26,145 nucleotides of DNA from the IMG/VR virus record IMGVR_UViG_3300027571_000066, positions 1 to 26,145 of that record; one strand, 5' to 3'. The position numbers and the translations under genes were made by a program. Within the stretch, counting starts at the first letter, position 1, and each line of letters starts with the position of its first letter. The notes beneath the pieces are model-generated. The model searched no databases. It saw only the letters and a program-made list of their open reading frames with translations, and was not told the DNA's origin. Shown here piece after piece: positions 8,865 to 16,529 of the stretch. This DNA comes from a virus (lineage: Duplodnaviria > Caudoviricetes).

Positions 8865-9782
8865 TTACGTAGCGTTAGTCAGTTTAACAGCACACTCAGG
8901 ACGTAATGAGCTGTGACCCATTGCGTAGCGAGCTACCATTAGTGTACCTTGTCGTGAAACTTGGTACTCTGATTCAACGCCTAAGTCTAATAGCTTAACT
9001 GTTGCAGCAGCATCTTTAGTGAATACTAAGCCTTTAGAACCTGAAGGCAGGTTGTTAGACATATACACTTTTGCGCCACCGATCAAAGGAACAGTACCAG
9101 TGTTCAAGTTACCACCTGTACCGAAGTCTTTGTTCATTACACCAGCGATGTTAGAATTAGTGCCAGAGAACATTTTGTAGTAAGTTTCTGCGTCAAGGAC
9201 AACAGACTTCTCACCAGTTACGTTCTTAACATCTAGAGCTTCTAGAGCTTTGAAGATAGCATCAGCTACATCAGTACCAGTAGAAGCAGAAGGAGTTTCA
9301 GCAATTTCAATATCAGCATTGTTCTTGTTAGCACCTTGAGCATACTCAGCAGTATCAGCAGTAGCATCAGCGATAGCAGAGAATACAGCTGTATCCGCAG
9401 CTTTAGCTAGAGCAGTACCGATCTCAGAAGAGTAGATAGAGCGAACATCATAGTGGTTCATAGCTTCATCAATTTTCGCAATGAAAACGGAAGAAGTTAG
9501 AAGATCATTGATGTTAACTACTTTCTCACTGTGAGCGATAGCACTTGGTACTACCTCGTTACCAGCCGCAAGAGTTGCAGTAGTAGCGATACCTGTTAGT
9601 GGGAACTGTGCGCTAGAACCTGAAGAGATTGTGCGTACACGGTGTAGTGGCATTGCGATGTTGTTAGTATTGAAAGCTGTAAGCACTTCGCCCGTAAACG
9701 TCTTTAGAAAGAGTTCCTTGGCATTAGCACCAGTAGCAGCGTTTTCACCCAATCGTGAGGGTGCAGCATAGTTGCTAGACAT
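8865..9782 (-). CDS. Major capsid protein (T7 gp10-like)
   Basis: 305 aa. Motifs 'LFLKTFTGEVLTAF', 'VRTISSGSSAQFP', 'IDEAMNHYDVRSIYS' and 'YAMGHSSLRPECA' match the T7 gp10 family. Confidence 0.97.
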   Translation of the reverse strand: MSSNYAAPSRLGENAATGANAKELFLKTFTGEVLTAFNTNNIAMPLHRVRTISSGSSAQFPLTGIATTATLAAGNEVVPSAIAHSEKVVNINDLLTSSVFIAKIDEAMNHYDVRSIYSSEIGTALAKAADTAVFSAIADATADTAEYAQGANKNNADIEIAETPSASTGTDVADAIFKALEALDVKNVTGEKSVVLDAETYYKMFSGTNSNIAGVMNKDFGTGGNLNTGTVPLIGGAKVYMSNNLPSGSKGLVFTKDAAATVKLLDLGVESEYQVSRQGTLMVARYAMGHSSLRPECAVKLTNAT

Positions 9783-9908
9783 AATATTTTACCTTTTGTT
9801 AAATGTTTAAATGAATGTTTAATGTTTAGTCACTTAACACTTAATCTTTCCGCTTAGATTGTCCCCGCAGGGGTCAAAGGTAATTAATTGTTGTGTTTCG
9901 TTCCTGTT

Positions 9909-9930
9909 AAAAAAGCCCCCCGAAGAGGGC
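9909..9930 (-). terminator. Terminator-like hairpin between scaffold and capsid genes
   Basis: Minus strand reads GCCCTC-TTCG-GGGGGC-TTTTTT, 9 nt after the scaffold stop codon. Confidence 0.75.
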
Positions 9931-9939
9931 ATAAAGAGA

Positions 9940-10725
9940 CTATTGTATGTTGCTTCGAGCTATCTTAGTCGAAACAGACTGACGGTATGCTGGATCACTG
10001 TTGTATCGTGGGTCGCTCATAGCTTGGGTCACTTCTGCCCAAGAACTATAATTACCGCCTGTTGAGTTACTGGATTGTCCACCTATTAAAGATGGGTCTG
10101 TACCCTCCGCAGCTTGATACTGAGTTTGTAATCCCGACACAGCCAACTTGACCATATCAACGTCTCCTGAACCTACAGCTCGATCAAAGGCAGCGATTTC
10201 GTTATCCGATAAGTTATCGCCCGCCCAGTTAATCATGTCACTATAAGCCTGTTCACCGCCTACACTTTCATAGACAGCTTTTTGATAGTTGTTTGCTAGG
10301 GCTTCTTGTCCCTGTATCCAACTGTTTACCAAATCTTGTGGGAAACCAGCTTCAGTTAGCTTTGTATAAGCATCTTCCGATAGTTGTCCCTGTTCGTTAT
10401 ACTCCGCCTGTAAAGAATCAAAATCAACGCCAGCGTTTTCTACGGCTTCTCTAACGTCACTTGCTTCTTGTTGTGGAGTTGGTTCGGATGCAGCTTCAGG
10501 CTCAACGCCTTCCTCTACACTTTCCCCACCTAACTTTTTCTCTAGATGACCATAAGCTTCAGCCATCTGTTCTGCATTTTTAAACTTCTCAGGCAACCAA
10601 TCTGGTCGATCACCTTGGGACGGGTCGTTTAACCTGTCCAGTTCGTCACTCTTAGCAACCATCTCATCGATGTGTTCTTGTGACTCTGTTTGTTCTTCGT
10701 GTGTACTAATGCTTTCTTGATTCAT
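9940..10725 (-). CDS. Capsid assembly (scaffolding) protein (T7 gp9-like)
   Basis: 261 aa, acidic. Motifs 'RPDWLPEKF', 'VGGEQAYSDMINWA' and 'AMSDPRYNSDPAYR'; located between portal and capsid. Confidence 0.95.
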   Translation of the reverse strand: MNQESISTHEEQTESQEHIDEMVAKSDELDRLNDPSQGDRPDWLPEKFKNAEQMAEAYGHLEKKLGGESVEEGVEPEAASEPTPQQEASDVREAVENAGVDFDSLQAEYNEQGQLSEDAYTKLTEAGFPQDLVNSWIQGQEALANNYQKAVYESVGGEQAYSDMINWAGDNLSDNEIAAFDRAVGSGDVDMVKLAVSGLQTQYQAAEGTDPSLIGGQSSNSTGGNYSSWAEVTQAMSDPRYNSDPAYRQSVSTKIARSNIQ

Positions 10726-10742
10726 AATAGTCTCTTTTAGTT

Positions 10743-12299
10743 TTATTCTTCAGCTTGCTGTTGTTGTGCAGCTTCAGTCATGCCTTTAATAGCAGGGGCT
10801 ACGCCCTTCTCTGCCATTGCCATCATTTGCTGTTGTTGCATCTGTTCTTGCATAGCTTGTTGTTCTTGCATCTTCTGCTCATCAGATTTCACAAGACCCT
10901 GTGTATCAATACCTAGCGATGCGCCAAGACGATCTAAGTAGTCTCCAATGTTTAACTCACTAGCAATAACTTGCTGTCCTAGTGGTTGTAGCATTTGTAA
11001 GAACTGGCTTAGTTTGTTTAAGTCCTGTCCACGACCAAGAGCTTCTAGACCAGTAACGATCTGTGGCTTCAAGGTGTCTTTAGGAAACTTAGGCATCTTA
11101 CCTTCTTTCTGCATCTTTGCTAGAAGGAGGTTGACTAGGGGAACTTGGAACTCTTGTGATAGTACAGAGTAAATGCCACCTAGAGCTGTCTCTAGCTCTT
11201 GTGCCATGTATCGTACTTCTTCTGCTGTTACTCTCTCAGCTTGTCGTTGAACAGAGCTGTTAAGTAGGAAGGCAAAAGATAAGCGTTCTGTAATCTTCTG
11301 CATTGTTTCTTGTGCTACTCTAAAGTCATTAAACTTATTGGCTTGTAAAGTAGTTACATCATTAGCATCACCAGAGACAATACCACCGTTAGGGGCATCT
11401 GCAATACTTCTCATCTTAGTCGTACCGTTTGGTCTTACTAAGAATAAGAGTTTAGCACTGGCAGCACTGCCTTCGACAATAGCTTTGGTTAATGCTTCTA
11501 GTGATTTTAAATCACCTACGATTTCTTCACAGAAAGAACGACCATAGTGGTTGCCATCAACAGCAATAAAGCGTAGTGCCATCCAAGGTAGTTTGTCTTC
11601 TGTGTAAGAACCTTTAGTGCTTTCAATTACATAGTCGTGTACTTCTTGATGCACTTCAAACTTCTTACCAACTTTTTTAATACAGGTAAAAATATCACAT
11701 TCTTTTTTACTGGTATCTAATTCATAGTCAGGGTTTTCTGTTAAAGCCTGTAAGACATCTTTAGGCAGCGCATCATACGCTACTGTTTCTTTGGTGATAA
11801 TCTTTAAGATGTTGCCCATCGTGTCTCGTTGGACAACGTAACGATCTAGTCTAAATACTTTCATTCCACCCTTGGGCGGCATATGGACTAAAGCGTTACC
11901 CGCTACTATTAATTGCTTAAGTGCCTCGAATGTTGGAACTCGAATGGCTTTTGATTCTATGACTTGTGTTGCTGATCTTTCAATACGAGCTAGTGCTTCT
12001 TCTGCCTTACCTCTGGCATCACCGCCTAACTCTACTAGATCATAATCATCTATAGTTAAACGAAAGAATGCTTGGTTAGGAGGGAGAAGGGTCATCAGTA
12101 GTTTAGAAGCAAGATTGTTTACACCTCTTGCACCCACTGACTGATAAGGGGTATTGTACTGAGTTGACCCTGTATGCCCTTCAGGGGGCATAAGTGTAGG
12201 GATTGTTAACTCCGCACAAGACCTCGCTCGTGTAAGAAAAGCATCACGATCTGCCGCCATGTTCTCATAAGCTTTGGCTATAGATTGATCGTGCATCAT
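10743..12299 (-). CDS. Head-tail connector (portal, T7 gp8-like)
   Basis: 518 aa. Motifs 'PYQSVGARGVNNLASKL', 'YGRS', 'ERVTAEEVR' and 'TGLEALGRGQD'. Confidence 0.97.
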   Translation of the reverse strand: MMHDQSIAKAYENMAADRDAFLTRARSCAELTIPTLMPPEGHTGSTQYNTPYQSVGARGVNNLASKLLMTLLPPNQAFFRLTIDDYDLVELGGDARGKAEEALARIERSATQVIESKAIRVPTFEALKQLIVAGNALVHMPPKGGMKVFRLDRYVVQRDTMGNILKIITKETVAYDALPKDVLQALTENPDYELDTSKKECDIFTCIKKVGKKFEVHQEVHDYVIESTKGSYTEDKLPWMALRFIAVDGNHYGRSFCEEIVGDLKSLEALTKAIVEGSAASAKLLFLVRPNGTTKMRSIADAPNGGIVSGDANDVTTLQANKFNDFRVAQETMQKITERLSFAFLLNSSVQRQAERVTAEEVRYMAQELETALGGIYSVLSQEFQVPLVNLLLAKMQKEGKMPKFPKDTLKPQIVTGLEALGRGQDLNKLSQFLQMLQPLGQQVIASELNIGDYLDRLGASLGIDTQGLVKSDEQKMQEQQAMQEQMQQQQMMAMAEKGVAPAIKGMTEAAQQQQAEE

Positions 12300-12306
12300 T
12301 TATATC

Positions 12307-12525
12307 CTATTTTTTAATTGACAAACCAGAGCCGCTGCCTGATCCTTTATATTGTGCGCCAGAGCTACCACGACCAAGTTGACCTTTAGCACCTTTACGC
12401 TTTTTCTTCAAAGCGGTGGCGTTAGAGTCTACAGCATCCTCAAGTTCAGCAGGAGCTTTCTCTGGTGGGGGTGGTGCTACTACAGTGGGTGGTGGTGGTG
12501 GGGGTTTAGGGCTTGATAAACACAT
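12307..12525 (-). CDS. Small Pro/Lys-rich virion protein (T7 gp7.3-like position)
   Basis: 72 aa, MC start, polyproline tract, KKKRKG; immediately upstream of portal. Confidence 0.7.
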   Translation of the reverse strand: MCLSSPKPPPPPPTVVAPPPPEKAPAELEDAVDSNATALKKKRKGAKGQLGRGSSGAQYKGSGSGSGLSIKK

Positions 12526-12527
12526 AA

Positions 12528-12707
12528 TTAAATCTCTTCTGGTTGGTCATTCTCTAACATGAGTTCCATGCGTTCAATGACGGATTGTTGCCCCTGTAAA
12601 AATGCTATATCATTCTCTGATATATTTCTTTTATTAGGGAGTTTATTGGGAAAAAGTTTCCTTAAATATTGTACTAAATCTTCACTTATGAATATGTTAT
12701 TCTTCAT
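12528..12707 (-). CDS. Small hypothetical protein, first gene after the late promoter
   Basis: Not in the ORF track (59 aa): MKNNIFISEDLVQYLRKLFPNKLPNKRNISENDIAFLQGQQSVIERMELMLENDQPEEI. It exactly fills the gap between promoter and gp7.3-like gene; the 'L..LFP...GQ.SVI' pattern resembles small pre-portal podovirus proteins. Confidence 0.75.
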   Translation of the reverse strand: MKNNIFISEDLVQYLRKLFPNKLPNKRNISENDIAFLQGQQSVIERMELMLENDQPEEI

Positions 12708-12717
12708 TTGTTACTCT

Positions 12718-12736
12718 CTATAGGGGGTGGTTAGAG
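12718..12736 (-). promoter_or_regulatory. Phage RNA polymerase promoter for the structural module (CTCTAACCACCCCCTATAG)
   Basis: Identical 19-mer at 20943-20961; ends in CTATAG like T7-family promoters; intergenic at a module boundary. Confidence 0.85.
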
Positions 12737-12821
12737 CCAGCCCAGTTATGACGGGAAGTGTAGCCAGACGTTAGCGATGATGTGGAGGCAAGTTACTACC
12801 TCCAACACCGTTATCCAGTTC

Positions 12822-14702
12822 CTATATTTCGCATGAACCTGACGAGCAAGCCAACTCCTGAGTTCCAGTAGTGGTGTCCTCTTTTTCATATTCACCTAGC
12901 CTGTCCCATTCAATCTCTGAAGGGGTCTCTCGTTTAAGTTCCATATACCTGTCCTTATCAATTGCTTCATAAGGAGCTTGAGCATACACATGGTCAGTGC
13001 GTGGTAGGAAGCTAATGCCTGAGCAGCTATCTAGTCGTTCCCATAGCCATTGTCCTGCCGCTAGGAACTCATCATCGGAGTAATATATAGTAACACTAGG
13101 TTTATGTTCACACCAATGTTCCTGATATATCTCCCACAAATCTAACTGTTGTTTGACGTTAAGTTCACTAACACAAGTTGCACCCTTGGGAGCTTTCACA
13201 GGGAAGTCAAACACGTAGTTCTCTGTGTTCATTACATCCTTCTCCCACGACACACCTGAGTCTTTTAGGAATGCAGAGATAGGGTCTTTCCCATCGCTAC
13301 GTACTCGTCTTATATAATAAGGAGAGAACCTAGCATGAATACCACTAGCACTGTCTACCAGTTGGGACACTGTACCTGACGGCTTCACACACGTAATAGC
13401 TGTCGATTGGTTAACACCTAACTCAGCCGCAAAGTGCTTGTTGGTTTGTACAGCAATCTTCTTCAGTTTCTCTAGTGTCTCTTTCAAGACAACAAGGCTA
13501 CCCTTACCAGATAACAACTTGTGATCCATGATGCCTGTCATACTTACACCAAGTAAACATTCTTCTTGTGTGTTGTTCTTCCAGACAGAGCGTACATACC
13601 TAAAGTCAGTTAGCGTTGACTGTAGCGTTCCTAAGATTGTTGCTAGTCGTGTCTTACGTTCTAAAGATTCTTGTGTGTCATCAGCACGTACTACAATCTC
13701 AGACAAGTTACATACCTGTGCAGAGCGTAGGATAATCTCACTACAGGGGTTAGTCCCAAAGTCGTGACCTATATCTCTACGTCCATTTCTCTCTGCTTGT
13801 TTCTTTGCAGCAGTACGGGAGAAGATACCTCGCTCCCCTGCTTTAGATTTATAGAGTGCTACCCATTCTTCCAGAAAGGTTTCATACTCTGGCTTCTCAT
13901 TGTAGACGGCACTGTTGTTTGCCAAGGCTCTTTGCGTTTGTGTCTCCCACCAATTCCCAGACTTCGCATGACGCATACGGTCATCAGACAAGTTAGATAG
14001 AGAGATGAGAGCAGACCTACGCACACCACCAACAACAACGATTTCAGCAATTTTACAAACAACGTCATGGCATTCAATACTCGTTAGCTTACGTCCAGCA
14101 GCGTTCTTGAAAGTAGAAACAGTAAACTCGAAAAGCCTAACCAAAGGATCAGCCCCGCTCGATCTACCACCAAATGTTTTAAGCCTTTCACCTTTAGCCC
14201 GTAACTTAGAGACATCCCAAGTAGGCACTTGACCCGAATACAAAAGACTAACCAACTCACGGAAAGCTTTAGCCCAACCAATTTTACTGTCTTGGACATG
14301 GATTGTAGTTTCTGTTTCATGGAACTCCTCACTGATTGTTGGTAACTTGGCTACAGACTGCCTCTCTACGGAGAAGCCTACACCTGTGCCACACATTAGT
14401 ACATAGAGTATCTCATCAAATACTCTGGGGTTATCTACGGCAACGTAGGAACAATTAAACCCTGCCATGTTGTCTCGCTTCAGTGCCTCACCCGCTGTCA
14501 TTAGACAACGCATGGATGGCATAATCTCTTGCTTGTAGATAGCATCAAAGAGTTCATACGCTAGTGTAGTATCTAACTGTCCTCGATCTACCCAGAAGTT
14601 AATGTACCGCTGTACAGTTTCCTTCCATGTCTCTCTTCTGTTATCTTCTTCCCGCCACCTAGCGTAACGGGATTTGTGTATGTATTGTTGATATGAATCC
14701 AT
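12822..14702 (-). CDS. nrdJ: Ribonucleotide reductase, class II (adenosylcobalamin-dependent, monomeric type)
   Basis: 626 aa. Motifs 'PSMR', 'FNCSY', 'GTGVGFSV', 'VVGGVRRSA', catalytic 'TNPCSEI', 'CVKPSGT' and C-terminal Cys pair 'ACSSGSCEI'. No ATP-cone and no beta-subunit gene nearby. Confidence 0.88.
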   Translation of the reverse strand: MDSYQQYIHKSRYARWREEDNRRETWKETVQRYINFWVDRGQLDTTLAYELFDAIYKQEIMPSMRCLMTAGEALKRDNMAGFNCSYVAVDNPRVFDEILYVLMCGTGVGFSVERQSVAKLPTISEEFHETETTIHVQDSKIGWAKAFRELVSLLYSGQVPTWDVSKLRAKGERLKTFGGRSSGADPLVRLFEFTVSTFKNAAGRKLTSIECHDVVCKIAEIVVVGGVRRSALISLSNLSDDRMRHAKSGNWWETQTQRALANNSAVYNEKPEYETFLEEWVALYKSKAGERGIFSRTAAKKQAERNGRRDIGHDFGTNPCSEIILRSAQVCNLSEIVVRADDTQESLERKTRLATILGTLQSTLTDFRYVRSVWKNNTQEECLLGVSMTGIMDHKLLSGKGSLVVLKETLEKLKKIAVQTNKHFAAELGVNQSTAITCVKPSGTVSQLVDSASGIHARFSPYYIRRVRSDGKDPISAFLKDSGVSWEKDVMNTENYVFDFPVKAPKGATCVSELNVKQQLDLWEIYQEHWCEHKPSVTIYYSDDEFLAAGQWLWERLDSCSGISFLPRTDHVYAQAPYEAIDKDRYMELKRETPSEIEWDRLGEYEKEDTTTGTQELACSSGSCEI

Positions 14703-15070
14703 TATCGGTCATCTCCTGAGCCTTGTAGCGTATCGTTAATCTTACGCTTGTATAGTTTGTTTAAATTATTAAATGCAATGTCACTCAGATTCAGTCCTGC
14801 TTCGTCTGTCAGCATGGCTAGATACCAGAACACATCTCCTAGCTCTGATGCTAATTGTTCTTTAAAGTTAGCTGGTTCTCCATCCCTAATCTTTTTCTTA
14901 ACCTTCCCTGCTACTTCACCAGCCTCACTTGCTAGACCCATAGTTAGATATACTAGCGATGAGTCTTTAGGGAAGACGGCTGTGGCGGCACACTTACTTT
15001 GATACCAGTCAAACCCTTCAAACATTCCTGTAATTTGTTCATAACTTGCTCCACCTAAATCGTTTCTCAT
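14702..15070 (-). CDS. MazG-like nucleotide pyrophosphohydrolase
   Basis: Likely start at MRNDLG (15070, ATGA overlap with the upstream gene); 122 aa. Motifs 'GLASEAGEV', 'ELGDVFWY', 'NLNKL..R' and 'GSGDDR'. Confidence 0.88.
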   Translation of the reverse strand: MRNDLGGASYEQITGMFEGFDWYQSKCAATAVFPKDSSLVYLTMGLASEAGEVAGKVKKKIRDGEPANFKEQLASELGDVFWYLAMLTDEAGLNLSDIAFNNLNKLYKRKINDTLQGSGDDR

Positions 15071-15348
15071 CCCCAGTTCTCCCCTTCGGTTTTTTCCATT
15101 AATTCGATCATCTTGTTTAAGTACCAGACAGCCTTCTTTGCATCTTGAATAGGCTTGCCTTTGTTCCAAAGCCTTGTGCTGGTGTATTTAATTACGTTAC
15201 CGTGACAATAGGAGATAGCATCAAACTCCCCTAGCACATCTACAATGTAATCTATTGTTTCTATCTTCCCTGCATTGTAATGCTCTGGGCTGTTGACAGG
15301 ATCAGCGGCTCTTTCTGTTACCTTAACTTCTGAAATTACTGCATCCAT
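15067..15348 (-). CDS. DUF3310 family protein (T7 gp1.7 nucleotide kinase-like)
   Basis: 93 aa with 'DPVNSPEHY...IETID...GNVIKY...DAKKAVWYL'. Confidence 0.88.
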   Translation of the reverse strand: MDAVISEVKVTERAADPVNSPEHYNAGKIETIDYIVDVLGEFDAISYCHGNVIKYTSTRLWNKGKPIQDAKKAVWYLNKMIELMEKTEGENWG

Positions 15349-16061
15349 AAACTTACCTCCTTAGTTTTAAAATCATATTCACCGTCACGTAGTATACGAG
15401 CCAGTCTTGCGTTCTCTATGGCAACCTCTTCACCAAAACCTTTATCAGCAAAAGCATCAACAACTGTTTGCCATGTTGCGCCATTCTCTTGAAGCAGCTT
15501 ATCTGCTGTCTTCGCTCCAACAGTAGGGCAACCTTTGTAGTTATCGGTCGAGTCACCTATTAATGTTTGGTACAAGAACCAGTAGTCAGCTTCCTCTTGA
15601 TCTACTTCAGTAACTTTACCGTCAAGTAAGTGGTAGGCAGGGATGGTTAACAGGTCTTTGTCTATAGACCAGATTACTGTATTCTTATCCGCACTGCCTA
15701 GTATTCCTAATAGGTCATCTGCCTCTAGCTTATCCTCAACTTTGCCATTGTAATTATCTGACAAATATTTTTTAGCAAAATTTAGAAGCATGGGTTTGCG
15801 TGTACCTTTACGGTTCGCTTTGTAATAAGGGGCTACATCTTTGCGGTACAACTTGTCACCAGACAAACACGTAATCACTTCATCACAACCAGACTCCTCT
15901 ATAATCTTAGCCATGAAGTCCTCCATCGATGCTATGACATCTTTCTCGTGAGCGTGTAATGTCCACACCCCGTTGCCCCAGTCGATAGGAGTCTCTGCAA
16001 TGACAGCAGCTTTGTACGCTACAATGTCACCATCTACTAATAGTGTCCTAGTATTCTTCAT
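15336..16061 (-). CDS. 5'-3' exonuclease (T7 gp6-like)
   Basis: 241 aa. Motifs 'LVDGD', 'YKANR', 'LEADD', 'IDKDL' and 'GDSTDNYKGCPTVG'. Confidence 0.93.
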   Translation of the reverse strand: MKNTRTLLVDGDIVAYKAAVIAETPIDWGNGVWTLHAHEKDVIASMEDFMAKIIEESGCDEVITCLSGDKLYRKDVAPYYKANRKGTRKPMLLNFAKKYLSDNYNGKVEDKLEADDLLGILGSADKNTVIWSIDKDLLTIPAYHLLDGKVTEVDQEEADYWFLYQTLIGDSTDNYKGCPTVGAKTADKLLQENGATWQTVVDAFADKGFGEEVAIENARLARILRDGEYDFKTKEVSLWMQ

Positions 16062-16218
16062 CGTCTTCTGCCTCCTTGTTTATCTCTCTCATCATTCGCA
16101 TACCGTGTTTTGCCATCTGGTAATCAATCAGGGATTCAATAGCCCACTTGACTCCAACGGCTACACTGACAAAAGCAAAACTTGCAACCAGTATGATGTT
16201 CAGTATGTTTGTTTCCAT
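16048..16218 (-). CDS. Small predicted single-pass membrane protein
   Basis: Not in the ORF track (56 aa): METNILNIILVASFAFVSVAVGVKWAIESLIDYQMAKHGMRMMREINKEAEDDEEY. Fills the gap between nuclease and exonuclease; has a hydrophobic N-terminal stretch. Confidence 0.65.
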   Translation of the reverse strand: METNILNIILVASFAFVSVAVGVKWAIESLIDYQMAKHGMRMMREINKEAEDDEEY

Positions 16219-16220
16219 AT

Positions 16221-16529
16221 CTATACCCTGTGTTTCTGTAGTCTTAGTTTACGAGTAACAGGATCAAACAGAAGGAACTGTACTCCTAGCTCTTTTTGTA
16301 AAGGTGTCCGTGAACTAGCGTAGCTTCCACGCTTAGTTTCTTTATTCATCTTCACATCAAACAAGTAAACCTCTCCATCCTTTATGCCTATGATGTCTAC
16401 AGCTCCTGTTGAGCCAGCATTGTAGAACACTTCAAAGCCTTCATCCCACAACCATGTGATTGCATAGAACTCTGCAACATCACCAAGCCTACTCGGACTA
16501 GTGAGTTTCTGCCCAACTTCTGCCGACAT
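16221..16529 (-). CDS. PD-(D/E)XK family nuclease (Hjc-like)
   Basis: Pattern 'GDVAE...GFEV....VDII.......FDVK'. Start uncertain; ATG 16529 (MSAEVG, 102 aa) overlaps the DNA polymerase 3' end. Confidence 0.7.
   Translation of the reverse strand: MSAEVGQKLTSPSRLGDVAEFYAITWLWDEGFEVFYNAGSTGAVDIIGIKDGEVYLFDVKMNKETKRGSYASSRTPLQKELGVQFLLFDPVTRKLRLQKHRV

Noticed and set aside
8843-8900. T7 gp10B-style frameshift extension of the capsid protein
   Set aside because: No obvious slippery site near the stop, and the terminator and next gene follow too closely to encode an extension domain.
12465-12505. GGT-rich low-complexity run resembling the promoter motif or a G-quadruplex
   Set aside because: Explained by the polyproline codons of the gp7.3-like protein; it lacks the CTATAG and CTCTAA parts of the promoter.
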